NCBI GenBank assembly: GCA_003344405.1
Contig: NOWV01000174.1
Span: 124,001 to 167,265 of the forward strand
Direction: 5' to 3'
Source: Trichoplax sp. H2
Taxonomy: Eukaryota
DNA length: 43,265 nt
Made by a program: the position numbers and the translations under genes. This document shows, in pieces, positions 1-13,588 of this stretch (position 1 is its first letter; each line of letters starts with the position of its first letter). The notes under the pieces were generated by a model. It saw only the letters and a list, made by a program, of their open reading frames with translations. It did no database searches and had not been told where the DNA came from.

Positions 1-119
1 TGTAGTCAAGGACCACTGCAGACGGTACAGGTAAAGTACGTATAGAAACCTTGTAAATAGACAAGTCTTACAAGTGTGTCAATATGAGTGTCTCCAAGGC
101 GTCACAGATATGCAGAAAA

Positions 120-1530
120 CCTACAGTACATGTACTGTACTGTACAATAAGTAAACATTGTGCATTGTCGGTAGAGGTCTTCATGGTCTATAGTCTGTTT
201 TTAGTACTGTACAATATAGTACAGTATACCGGTACAGTACCGTAGAGGTAAAAGAAATACAGTACAGTACAGTACTGTACTGTAGATCATGATTGTAGCA
301 GTGTACAGTACTGTACAGAACTGTACTGCGTGTGCGCGTACTGTAGACAGGCTCCGAGAAATTTTGGAGATTTATCGCACGTACGAGTCATACGACTGAT
401 ACGGCGCTGAACATCATATAATCATTGATCTGTTTCTTTTCGAATTTGCTTTCAACATATCATCAATACACGTATTAAGTTGGACAAATTTGATCTGATT
501 GGACTCGGTAAAATTGAATTATATCCGTTTTACAACGGTTATTATGTACTGTACAATGAACCTACAGTATATGCGTATACGCGTACAGTACTCGTATATG
601 TTATACGTACTGTACAATGGACATACGCAGTGGATATATACTGTATATAACATATATGTATATATATATATAATTATATGCATTTATGACATATATTATG
701 TAAACGTACAGTATATGAGTATATTTAGCCAAATGTAACATATTACATAACAAAATATATGCAGTTTCTTTTACTACAACAATGCTGAAATGATCTCTAA
801 AAATGGAATGAGCTGTTACTGCTGCACACTTCTGCATTACAAAACATCCGAGGAACGTCAAACTGACACTCGGTCACTCACAATCAAAGTGCAATTTTAG
901 TCGCTGCTTTTATCCAGTGCAATACCGCACAGTATCACAATAAAAGCGAGCTTTAGGAGGTCGAAAACTTAACTCTTGACTTCAATCATGAGTTAATGTT
1001 GTACTGTAGATGATGCAAGTGTACTCTCTAATTTTTTTTTTATACTGTGTGCGTGCCAAGCACACGAGAGAACGTAAGAGTCTATCAGTACAGAAGTGAA
1101 TTGCATTTCCGCATTTTCATCAACCCTACAGTTATTACCATTACAGTAAAGGTCAGTGGTCACTAGTTAGTACAGTACAGTACAGTACTTCCTTCATCAC
1201 ACTTCGGGCTTTGTACTGTACTGTCTCTATGAGCCAAACCATAGAAACCGTGGCTTTGTTTTTCGATTCTACCGTGATACTGTACAGTGTACAGTGGATA
1301 GTACGGTAAAAAGTGGTACTGTGCACTGTACAGTACTGTACCGTACGAAAGCGTACTGTACGCTTTCATAGTTTCTGGCTTTATCACGTGTGTAAATTGT
1401 TACGATGCACGGTAGTTTCTATACAAACGCAGGGTCAGATGCACGAACGTGAATTCTAGAAAGTACTAAACTATTGTAAATCAAGCAACAAAATCTTTTC
1501 TTGTAGGCACCTAGTACAGTACCGTTCACT
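120..1530. repeat. Dense CAGTA/TACTG pentamer and TACAGTACTGTA palindrome cluster upstream of RCOR
   Basis: Examples: 22-bp perfect palindrome TACAGTACAGTACTGTACTGTA (263-284), 16-bp TGTACAGTACTGTACA (302-317), (TACAG)n run at 1171-1188, GTACAGTACTGTAC (1328-1341). Confidence 0.8.
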
Positions 1531-1875
1531 GTACTAGAGTACAATGCTGTTCACTGAACACTATTGTTTCCCTTGATATATTCCGCTGTAGTTTATTATT
1601 AGGCGTCAATCTTTATCGCTATTACCGTACGGCAAGTTTACGCATCTCGAAAATTTCCACTTTTATAAGTAGGATATATAAGCATCACGTATTCTGTCAT
1701 AAGTGCCATATAACTGAGTTAATTGGCTTTTAAATTCAATGAATGATTGACCAAAAATCTGCGTAAGAAGTTTTCAAAGATATATTCCATCACAGGTTGC
1801 ATTGATTCACACTGGAGTCACATTAGCACGGTAAAATACGGTAAACGGAGAAGTTTCATCGTGTCAAAAGGCAGA

Positions 1876-4800
1876 ATGAGTCAGTATAGTAGGACCAGTA
1901 TGGGATTACGTTCAATGATCAGGAACAAAGAATCGATTCCGCAACCATCACCGCCGTTAACACATAACTCTTCCTCTGAAAATGAAAGCGACAGTGACTA
2001 TGGTACATTTATCGATTTCGAGCAATATAAAGATTATTATTGATGTTATTGATAAAAATGGTAAGGTAACGCTAATATTATCTACTAATTTTATAAATCA
2101 ATGATTGAAAAATGTGGACAGAACCGGGCATGAGAGTTGGTAAAGAATACCAGGCTGTTATACCTGATGTTATCACCGGTATGTCATAATGATCGAAAAC
2201 TTAATAATAAAAGGTCATATTGCTAAAATATCAATACCATCCGATGGAACTGATCTAAATCTATCAATATATCATATTAAGTCGTTTATTTCTCGCCTTT
2301 GTACGACAGATATTGCTTTACTTCATTTATACACTACTTCATATCTCGATGATCGGCCATTATACATCAGGCGTACGGTTGCTGTGTTGCACGTTGTGTA
2401 CAGTACTATGTCCGCTACGAGCTTACTGTCTTCTAGTCAAATGTCAAAGCGTGCAGTACAGTCGGCTAAAATACACTGCACTCTTGGCCTGTACTAGACA
2501 GTGTACTCTTCGACACGGTTACGCTTTACTGTATTTTCTGTTAGAGATGCATTATTTAATTTTAGTCCTTGCGTCCAAATGTCTGTATCAATGGAAACCA
2601 ATCCAATAAGTAATACCATGACTGTTTGCCTTTATTCATGGCGTCGTTTTTGATGCATGCAAGATGATCCTGCAATGTTTTTCCAGGCTTTCATTTCACG
2701 GAAGTGCATTCTAGATAAAAAAATTTCCTTCGTTACTTCAACCTCAATTAAGGCGATAAACATCATCCTTTAAAATGAATGATTGTAAACGTCAATTTCA
2801 TATCTTATTAGCCAATAAATGGAGAATAAAAAGAATGTACTCTACTGTAAAGTATCGTAGTACCCAGATAAGAATACTTGTAGGTACGAATAGAATAAGA
2901 TGGGACTTTTTTTAAGCTTTCGTCTACTCTACCGTGTAGTAACTGTATTGGATCCGCAAACAGTTTGGCACAATTGAAATTTGTGCCGTGTTTGAGTAGA
3001 CACAGCAGATATAGTAGTGTATGAATTCATAGACGGTAATGTCGCTGTCGTAAGTAATTGCATCGCCGACAAGAGAGCGATACTTTCGAACAATATTCAG
3101 TCCTCACGATAGGTCACTAGCGGTTGCCTAATTAATTTCGTTGTTTTTTTACTTAAATGTACTCTGATACCAAATATTGCTGAAATGCAATTTTTATTCA
3201 TGATACGAAATAATCAGTACTTTAATTTATATTCACAATTTGCAATTTCTATTTTCAATACAAATATCAACCTTGACATTAATTGCTACTTGGGAAATAA
3301 GCATCATGGTTGATGCTTATTTGGTATTGATAGCAAACAATAACTACATAATTGTGTCATTTACCAAGTTATAATGGCAAGAAAAATCTGTCCCGATTAA
3401 AACTGCTCTTTTGCTTACATCTCTTACGTCTCATTTTTGAGGTTAACTTTGTTTTAAAGCTTAATACCGAGTAAAGCAGACTACATGTACAATTTTTATA
3501 GTTGTTTCAATTAAGTAAACGCGTTAAATGATACCGTCAACACGATAGATTATGTAGTATATTAAATTATTAAAAACGCTCGATTGTATAATATACAGTA
3601 GATGATCCATACGCGTACCAATCTAATATTTTTGTTGTTGAGTTGAACTAGTCGGTTAGTACCGGTAAGGGATTAACGTGTGCGTAATCATGTGCTATCT
3701 CGTACCGTATAGCATAATACCTTCGTGGCGATTTGATATGATATACGCGAATATAGATTATGAACAATTTCTTCAAATGATTTAATTTTAGAGATTTTAC
3801 ATCTTGGTGCACTGCAGAAATTTTCATTAAGAATTATTCTATACATACCCATACGCCTACGTATATTCATTATTTTTTAAAATTATTATATTACTATGTA
3901 CTAATTAAGAGTAGACCTACTCGTGCCGTATTACTGTATACAAGTATGGTTTTAATCGCTACATAGATGCGAAATAAAATATTACTCTACTATAACTAAG
4001 AAATGTTATCGAATCACTTACTAATGAACAGTGTGATAATACTTATCGCTAAGAAAAAAACTAAGAATTGTAGACAATCCATTAATAAAACGTAATGCAC
4101 GTGTAGTATACTGTAAGTGCGATAGCAAATGATTCAGTTTTTAAATATGGGTACCCGCCTATCGTTTTGTAATTATTCACATACGAATTATTACATATTT
4201 TGTCTAATAGGTGGTAAAGCAACACAGGATCGAGCGACAACTAAAATTGCAGAAGAAACTAGAATTTGGGCCCCTGAAGTATCTATGTCCGATGCCAAAA
4301 GTCAGCGTGAAAATTATTATAATAAATTCTGAAACATTTCTGCATTAATATTTCTAATAGCACAAAATAGTTATTAAAGTAATCTGTGTAGATATCACAT
4401 CAATAAGCAACATGCAATATATGCTTTATTTTTTCTCATGATATAGTTGATGAATTCATACACTATGCAAAAACAAATTTTGGATATTCCTTAGAACAAG
4501 TAAGTCCATAATTCATAATTCTTCTATTGTACTTTATTTATTACTAATGTAAAATTGTGTAAAATATATATCTATATGTACATTATGCTTAAATACCATA
4601 AACGTATTGTTTATGAATGCCGCGGTCCGTTTATCAAACGGTGGTGCTACATAATACGAGTATACATAATTGTATACGTTATTGTACTAATTTCTCTGAC
4701 AAAGTTGTAGCATAACTTTCACATCTTAATATGCAGCTACTACAGTAAAATTTAAATCATATGTTTATAAGTATATAGTAGAAAATTTGAATTTGTTATC

Positions 4801-6934
4801 AAGATTTTTATTGTAACTTTGAATTAATGTTTGTTTAGGCATTAGGTATGCTCTACTGGCATGAATATGACATAGAAAAGTCAAAGGAGGATTTGGCCAA
4901 TTTTGCCCCTTACCCAAGTAATGCACATAATTATTTATACATCTTTTAGGGCAATGTAATCAAGTTCTCATGATAATTATTGCTCATGAAGTAATCACCT
5001 ATACAGAAAATTTTATTAGTTATGGTCAATATTTCGCTAATTGACTTACTTTCAAGTTGATACATCACGCATTTCTGGTTCTTTTTTTAATTTTTAATTG
5101 CATAGATGAATGGAGTATGGAAGATGAAGTACTATTTGAGCAAGCATTTGATTTTCACGGCAAACATTTTCATCAGATAAAAGCGATGGTAACAAATGCC
5201 TATTATTTGCTCAATTATTAGATCTGATTTGAAATGAGCGCAATCTTGTTTCATGCCCGAAATTTGATATTTTCTTACATTAGTTACCTGATAAATCCGT
5301 TGGTAGCCTAGTTCGCTATTACTATTCGTGGAAGAAAAGGAAGAGTAGACTTAGCTTGCTAGATCGACAAGCAAGAAAACCCGCTGTTCCAAAAGATGCT
5401 ACTTCGTGGTTAGTAATTTGTTTATATATCTATTCATATATCGATACGTTTTTAAGAAATTAAATAAACCGAACATTTTAATCAGTGAAAATTCGGCAGA
5501 AGAAAGTAGTGATTCTGATTTTGAACCTTCCAAGGGAAGAAGTAACGGAGTAAGATTGCAAATACGCACTTCCGTATGACCACATTTCTGATTGTTGGTC
5601 AGTGTTATACCAGACTTCTAGTATGACTTTTAATTGTTCTTATTTGATACAGATTTCTAGTGATAGCAGAGTTTGCTCCAATTGTGGATCGTGTGTAACT
5701 CATCTACACTCGACACCAAAAGGCTCCATTTGTAATGCATGTTATCAGTACTGGAGGTTACACAAATTTTCTTGGTTTTTAATTTATTTTTCGGCGAAAA
5801 TATATTAACGTTATAGTAACTAAAAAATATGTGATATTCGTAGACGTACTGGAATGATGAGAAGCAACGTCAGGATACAAACCCGTACTGAGAATGAAAA
5901 AGGAAAATTGAAAAAACATAAAAGACGTCCTCCTAAGGTATGCAATTAAAATACTATTTTTTCGATACAGTCAATAAAATTTTGCTGTCTACCATCACTA
6001 GGGTATGAGAATAACTAGAGAAGCCCTTATGGTAATAGTGAAAGGGAATCACGAAAATGATTCTAGAATATTTGAGAACGAAATTATAAAATTAAAAAGT
6101 CAGGTCCAGCGTAACAAACAAGTACTGTCTGAACTTGATGAAGTATCTGTCAAAGATATTGAACGATATAGACTGCCAGAGGTCAATTTTGTGTATTTAA
6201 TTATTATCATATATATTATTGTCAATAGTACTAAGCTTTCTTCTAATAATAATAGAGTGGAGTTAGAAGTAACGCTCGATGGACCACTGAGGAGCTTAAC
6301 ATCGCTGTTGAAGGTAGATGTAACTTATAGCTATACGACTATATTGTCGCAACAAGTATTTATAACATAAGGAATGAATGCAGTTTAATGTCAAGATTAC
6401 TTTGTTATATATTAGCTGTAAGAAGATATGGCAAAGATTACCATGCTATTGCTGAAGTTGTCGGCAACAAGACTGTTAATCAGTGTAGGAATTTTTTTGT
6501 AAATTATCGACGACGTTTCAATCTCTTGCAAATTTTAGAAGAATTCGAAGCAACTCATGGAGTAAGACAAATCTGAAATATGAATATTTAGAATTGATCA
6601 TATTGTTGAATTACTGTATTATTGGCAATCTTTTTTTCAGAAAAAAGGAAGATCTGAATGGAAAGAAAACGGAACTGATGACGTATGTTATAGTAACGTA
6701 ATTTATAGTTGAAAACACTGTACTTTAATGTATTTTGGTCCCATTAATCTATAGGATTTATCGAGATCTCCGACTAAACGCCGAAAATCAAGTCAAGATG
6801 ATACCGATAAAGACGATGTATCTGAGCTAATGCATGATAAGAGCGGTAATGGTTCTAATAATTCTGCTAGTTATTCTCCTGATGGTCAACGAAGATCTGC
6901 CATGTCATCCTTGATTAGAAATGGGGCTAGTTGA
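1876..6934 (+). CDS. RCOR: REST corepressor (CoREST/RCOR family): ELM2-SANT1-GATA-type ZnF-coiled-coil linker-SANT2; 15 coding exons
   Basis: GT-AG exons splice in frame: 1876-2002, 2122-2178, 4211-4300, 4447-4499, 4839-4917, 5106-5188, 5284-5408, 5486-5549, 5653-5756, 5844-5937, 6002-6181, 6256-6313, 6416-6561, 6641-6682, 6755-6934 (TGA). Motifs: ELM2 [12 protein letters not shown] and [36 protein letters not shown]1 [45 protein letters not shown]; linker KRRPPKGM; SANT2 [51 protein letters not shown]. Confidence 0.95.
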
Positions 6935-9104
6935 ATGTATTAGACGGCATTATAATTGTAAAAATATAGACTGAAAGCATTGATCATTGCGCTGTATTGT
7001 TGCCCATCTTTCTTTTTTATTTGTATTACTTCTGACTGTAAAATATTCATGCGAGAAGAGTGCATCGAAGCATGCCGGAATACATTTTAAATACAGGCCG
7101 ACAGCCAACACAATATATTCATATGCTTCATACAAACCAACAAAATGCAGTTCTACCCAAAATACTTATAAGATTCATCTAGGTTAAACATCTAGTTGTA
7201 CAAGAAGTTGTAGATAGGCCGTAATGCCGTTATCTAGATTTATATAGCTTGATTTTTTACGTTAGACAAATACTTGTTGAGCACCTGCAATATCTTACAT
7301 TTTGGAATAGCTTCTAATTTATTAGTAAGTTCTCGATTAACGATTAACAATCGGTTAGAATATTAATTGATTAAGACTGTACTAACAATTTTATACATTT
7401 TTGCTTATTGGATCTATAAGAATTAACACGAAAATATTACTGTTATACCTACTGTACTGTACTTGACAACAGTTGATGATGCATCGTTTCGATTAACGCT
7501 ACTGGAGCTCTGTGTTACGAAAAGCAATTAGTCTGACGATTTGCTTCGTAAAGGACAAGAGCTTAACATTTTAATTTGCTTCTAAAAAGCAACGGAAATG
7601 GTTTAATTTTACAGTAGCTATTAAGGCACAGCTTTGTATTATCAACGGTAATTTTGATACTGCAGGAACATTAACTTTAACTCTTAATCTATCAGAAATT
7701 TGTTCGTATGTATAAAATTGGTTGTTAAGCGCGCTTTCTGATAGCATTAGCATCTGAGATACCAGACTAACTTTGTAAACAGACACCGTTAATATTTAAG
7801 TAATTAATTATATTATGGACGTTACTAAGTTTTTTATAGGTACTAATAAAAAGATTTCGGTACATTAACCGTATAGGCTGTTCCAACTGTTCTTTTTGCT
7901 GGTTGTAAAATAGCTAACTATTCCATTTCCAGGGATCTCGAACCTATCAAAAGTTTTTCGTAAGATGCAGTAGGGGGCATATTATTGTCATATCTTATAA
8001 CATTTCTGAGCAGCGATACAGTCAATTGTAAAATTAAAAGATATCGGGCAGATGACGTCTTAATTGTTGACCTTGTTAACGCATAATCTTACCTTGATTT
8101 CTAGTAATATTTGCAGTGACGGACTAATGTGATTTCGACAATTGGTACAGTATCTTATATACGAATATCGCACAACATTTGAAAGTTTACTATATAATCA
8201 CCTCACAAGATATACTGTAGAGCGTTGTTACGTAAACGCTTGAAAGAGAAAATTTTTAATATCTAGAGCTTCATTAAACTAAAAGCTTAAAAAATATAAC
8301 ACATTATACCGTATTCAAATTTAAGAATCTCAGTATTGCGATAGGACATTACCACACTCGTTCGACGCTTCAATATTTAATTTCTACAACATATAAATTA
8401 ATTCATATGTAATAGCAAGATCCGGTACTAGGTGAACACTGAAGAAAAGCAGTGTGATCATTTTTCGGTAAGAGAAAGCTAGCTGAATTATAAGCATGTA
8501 AATAATAATATATATATATATATCTATACCATTAAGTGTCATGGTTAAACAGATTAAGAATTATAAATTTCAGAATTGCTCATTCAGAGAAACTTTATTG
8601 GAAATTGTGATGAATGACTCGTATACATGACCAATTTCCGCATGGTATTCTCTTTACCGCTATATAAATTGAATGCTGATCATCATTATTGGTAATTCAT
8701 CCTATCCTAGATAACCATTGTATTATTTTCGTTGTAAACTACAACAGCTAACGTAATTGAGACGAATTCCACTGCACTGATGTATCTAAAGCTTGATAAA
8801 TTTAAAACGAAAAATTCTAGCCACAGAATAATAAAAAATAATTTAAACATAAACTACACAATAAGACTGAAATTTCCAGCATTCACTTCTTTTTGTTATA
8901 TTTTAATTCTGATTTTTCATTTATTAAGTACAATAACGAAAAATATTTAGATCAACAATGAATTGATATATAACTAGCGTATCGCGCCAGTCATTTTGCG
9001 ATATAACAATTACGCTATTTTCTAATAAAACACGGTTTATGGAGGGAGAATTATATATTTCGTTAATCGGATACAATTCACCATAGTTTTCATTAATCAC
9101 GATT

Positions 9105-12100
9105 TCAGAAAAATCCAAAGATGGGATTGGCATACGCCATCGGCTTAACGTTCGGATGAGGCTGAAATAATAATGTTACCTTACTAACCGGTAGAATGAA
9201 CTTAATCGGCATTCTAAAAACCTTGCATGACAAACAGCTAAAATGACTCGGCTTGACTTACCACAGCTTCGTAAGAGGTATACTTGGGCTTAAGATTGGA
9301 GGTTAATGTTATGTATGCTCCCTTATTGCCCATCTGGTCGCTATTAAGATAACATCAGGTTCAGTATCTTAATATTATATCAAATTTATAAGCGCAAGGA
9401 CAAAACGTAATTCTTTACCAATAATTAGGAGCTGAAAATACTGTTATACACTGGCCATCATGAGCTATCTCATACCCATCGTTCTTGACCTCATGGCTTC
9501 TAATTATCATGTCTAATAGGGAAACACCTGAGTCTTAAAGATTGATAACGGTCAATGATTGGACTAATACGCATTACCCAAATTATTTCTTTCGCAAAAG
9601 TTTTTCGTAATGTCGGGTCCAAACTGAATGCCTACGCCTCTTTTACTTGGCGATCGACCAGGCTACAAACCAGTAGAAATAATTCAATATTTAATATTTC
9701 TCAATCAATGTAAGGTAAAATAAAGATATTCACCTGCGGCTGAGGATCAGACCAAAGTAATTCACACATAATACCTTAGTAATTAATAGTATGAGTTATT
9801 TCAAATCATTAAAATAACCGATTGCAACACAAAAGATCAATAGGGTGAGCCTAATACATACCAGATTCTGGAGGTTCCCTTTTACGATCAACCTTTCGAA
9901 TATCATTCAAGGTTACATCATCATCACTAAAAAGTCCACCATGCATGCACTTTGTAAAAAAACATAAATAGAAAATTGTCTTTAAAGTAAGCAAAATTTA
10001 CAATATCGAATATATAACATCGCTCATATTTTGCGCACCATCTAAATATTGTACAGTGCATATCTAAATCAAGAAAATTTTCTAACCAAAATCTTATTGT
10101 TTATACAATGTGCCAAAGGCAAGTAGTTGAAAATTTCTGTAAATAGTTCACACATATTTGCTGAATATTTTTCCTTGACCTCTCCTTCAAAACCGTACAT
10201 TTTATTCATCGTAGGGCTTTCATGATTACCTATTAAATAATGTATTCATAAGAGAATTTCCCAATATTACCCATGTCAGTATATAAACTGCAGGAGCACT
10301 CAAAAGTGTTAAATATCATCGCTACACAGTATAATACGACCGCCGTAAATAGTCTTACCTCTTGATAAATGAACATGATTTGGATATAGCACTTTAAAGC
10401 CAAATAACGTAAAAACAACCTCAACGCAGAAAGATCCGCGGTCGACAAAGTCACCGTTAAACAGCTAGCAGGTAAGATTAGAAATTAGTATATCGACTCT
10501 TCAGTTTAGTCAATATTTTTGATGTGAACATTATACATGCCATAGACTATAGACGCTCGAACACGATATATATTCCTTACATAAGGGTTATCTTCAGATG
10601 GGAATCCGTTCAGATTAAAAATATTTAATAAATCGTAAAATTGGCCATGAACATCACCGCAAACGGTTAATTTGCCATTCTATTAATAAATAATTCAGCA
10701 ATCGCTTTGACTATTTGCCTACAAGTAGGAACATTGATTCTTTTACGAGATATCCAAACCAGTCTTACCGATGGTATTGTTACATCTACCAAAGTAGGCA
10801 GACTTAAAAGTATTTCTTTAATCTTAAGTAGTATAATATATGCAAACTTCTTATGTAATTTCTTTTGATTTCTAAAAGTTTCTACAAGTTCTTTCATAAA
10901 TTCAAGGGTAACATTGCCTTGAAAAGATGGCCCATCATAACCAGGTTCAATTTCTACAGTTTAATCCAAGTAATAGATAAATAAATATGATACATCGCAC
11001 TTCAATAACAACTTACTGAATGATAGTATTCAAATACTGTGGCTAAATTACATTGTTAAAGATTCAGTAAATACGTATAACGTTAACAAATGTTCACTCC
11101 GTATCTGTCCAACTGTTCTTGCTCATCATCAGTTGGTCATATCTGAGTGATTGAATGATATTCACTTTAGGGAACTTAGTGATAGCAAACAGACAATTTC
11201 TGCAGCTATGTAAGTTATTCCCAAATTTGTTATTTTCATATAATACAAACTATAACCAAATGTACTAGACGACGATGATAGACATAATAATCTTGCAATA
11301 AGTTGTAACCTATATTAGTGATACTTCTGTATAGCTACTTTGCAATCATAATAATGTATCTTATACCAACATTCTCTCAATTTTGCACTGGACTGCAACG
11401 TTTATGGCAATAATGACGATTATTGGCTAACAATAATCTATAATATACCCATGCACTCGATATCTATCGACTCTGACGTCAAAACTTTGCTAGAATCTTG
11501 TACAGCAATAGCTTTTTCGAATGCCCGTCGTCGAACAATTTTGTTACATTCATTATACTTCTGCCTAGCATCTTTATCATTGGGTCTCGATTTGGTAACC
11601 TACGAGAAAATAATTTGTGTTATGAATAGCATTAAAGCTGCTGTCAGTATACTTATTCTAGCCAATTTTAAAATTGGATACCTTTGATTTTTAAGTAACT
11701 TATAGTATAATAATATCAAGTTAATTATTTTAAAAATTTGTAAGGAATTCTCGACTAACAAATTCGTAATCCTTCAGAGCCATTTTAAAATTGCCAAGAG
11801 CCATGTTGGCTGAGGCTCTTCTGTAATACCCCTACCCGAGCGCAAACAATACAAATTAGGGAAAATAGATTTGCCAATTATGCTGGAAAGATCCAACAGC
11901 TTTAGAGCCATAATTTAACATTCAATATCATCTTTTAGTGGAATATTGGTTACTGATTTATTTACCTTGATGAAAGTTCTATCTAGCTCAATACATTTTG
12001 AGGCATCTGCTAAGGCATAACCAAAGCATTCGGTCTTGATAAAACTGAAGCTAATCAAAAAATTTTAATTTTCTTTACTCTACGTTGAGATATTGGCAAT

Positions 12101-13588
12101 TTATCTATACATTGAAATGAATGAACTACAACGGGAAAATTAGGCGATACTTTTCTACACTCAGCAAATCTATCATCTATTGATTAGGTAAGGATTAAAG
12201 TCGTCAGCATAACTCAGATATAGCATCGAGAGTGAGGTAAGAATATATAATACGCGTATATCAATGCATTCTCGAATCAAAAGTTAGCCGTATCTTGTTC
12301 CATTTACCTTCTGTTGCTCCAGTAAGCTGGTACCGTTGGATTTAATTCAATGGATTTGGTATAAAGTCGGATAGCATCTTCGTAATATTGCTCTTAGAAA
12401 AAGAAATTTTTATAACCATTAGTTTAAGCATTGTATGAAACTGTAGGAATGGACTACTGTCGACGACAGTCTATTGACTCAGAATAACGTCGAGAATATT
12501 GCAATGTTCACGATGAATTTTTCCGGTTGTATTTCTATAGAAATCAATGCATGGCTTAGAAGACGGCAGCACAAGCCAACCTCTACAAGCATTGTGATAT
12601 TCATTGACTAGTTCGTTGCAAAGCTATCGAGGTTGATTATGACTCCTTTTAATGTAGAAATTTAACACTTGTATACTCAACGTTATGCTAGTCAGGTGAA
12701 AAGTCGTCAAGGTTAATATTCGATCACGTAGAAATAATGGCATTCAAGCTGGTTAGCTGAAAAGTCACAAAAGTGAAATATTATGACTATTACTGACCAA
12801 CTAATCATAAAATATCGTATCTAGATTACGCTAGTCAGTACTGTAGCAATGAACTCTCTCATCTACAAGAGATCATCGGTGGATTTCTACCATTGACTAC
12901 AGTTGTAATCGACACTACAGTAATAGTTTTACAGTAGACAAAGTTCCAAAGCATTTCTGTTCAAAAAGGTAAATGGATCTATTCATGGCAGTCTATTAAT
13001 CGCCATTCCAATAACGAATGGTTATCAGCAAAGAATGTTAATAGCAAGTTTCCACGATGCAACGTGTCTTGTCTGTGGTGACTACAGTACTACTAACTCA
13101 AAAGATCATCCTTGCATGGCCTAGTACTTTACTATTCTTACTGTCCACATTGACTGGTGATGTAAAGAAAGTGAATGATTGTTTACATTATAGCGTAGCG
13201 AAAAGAGAATATCGTGAGGAGAAGATTGGTATAGCAATGAAATTGAATCAACCAACTCGCCATGTCTGCTTGAAATAGGCCGCACGCACTAGTACTCCTA
13301 CAACACGCGACTATCATCAAGACATAACACTGAGGGAAAACTAGTAGACACTTGTCATGATTGATAGAGTAAGTAGCCGCCGAAAACGAATATAATCCGA
13401 TCAGGACATCCATCTTCTATCATGTTGTCAATTGAATAGAAAGATTGGAGCAATTAAATTCATTGAAATGTCTAACTTTTAAAATTTTCATTAGCTTGGG
13501 TCTTGAATTCTTCAGCTTTCAACTTGTCATCATCCGTGACCGCAATTTGAGGAACGCTTGATTGACTTTCACTCTGTACGTCGCCCAT
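9105..13588 (-). CDS. PPP5C: Serine/threonine protein phosphatase 5 (3 TPR + PPP catalytic domain); 15 coding exons
   Basis: Minus-strand exons: 13588-13477, 12392-12308, 12050-11966, 11831-11760, 11599-11449, 10953-10769, 10679-10581, 10464-10359, 10229-10087, 9949-9862, 9774-9734, 9662-9578, 9512-9419, 9340-9262, 9161-9105 (TGA). TPRs: [14 protein letters not shown]...YWSNRS...[27 protein letters not shown] motifs: [52 protein letters not shown]5-type C-terminus [14 protein letters not shown]. Confidence 0.97.

Noticed and set aside
499-1387. Short ORFs 499-738, 601-861, 1163-1387
   Set aside because: Tyr/Val/Thr/Gln-rich translations of CAGTA and TA repeats, with no recognisable domain or exon chain.
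2189-2609. ORFs of 102 and 98 aa in RCOR intron 2
   Set aside because: Overlapping frames in pentamer-rich intron sequence, with no motifs.
7921-7980. Minus-strand GGTTCGAGATCC resembling a tRNA T-loop
   Set aside because: No cloverleaf or A-box could be built.
11060-11135. ATGATGA...CTGA pair in a PPP5C intron (C/D snoRNA-like)
   Set aside because: No terminal stem and no recognisable rRNA antisense element; expected by chance.
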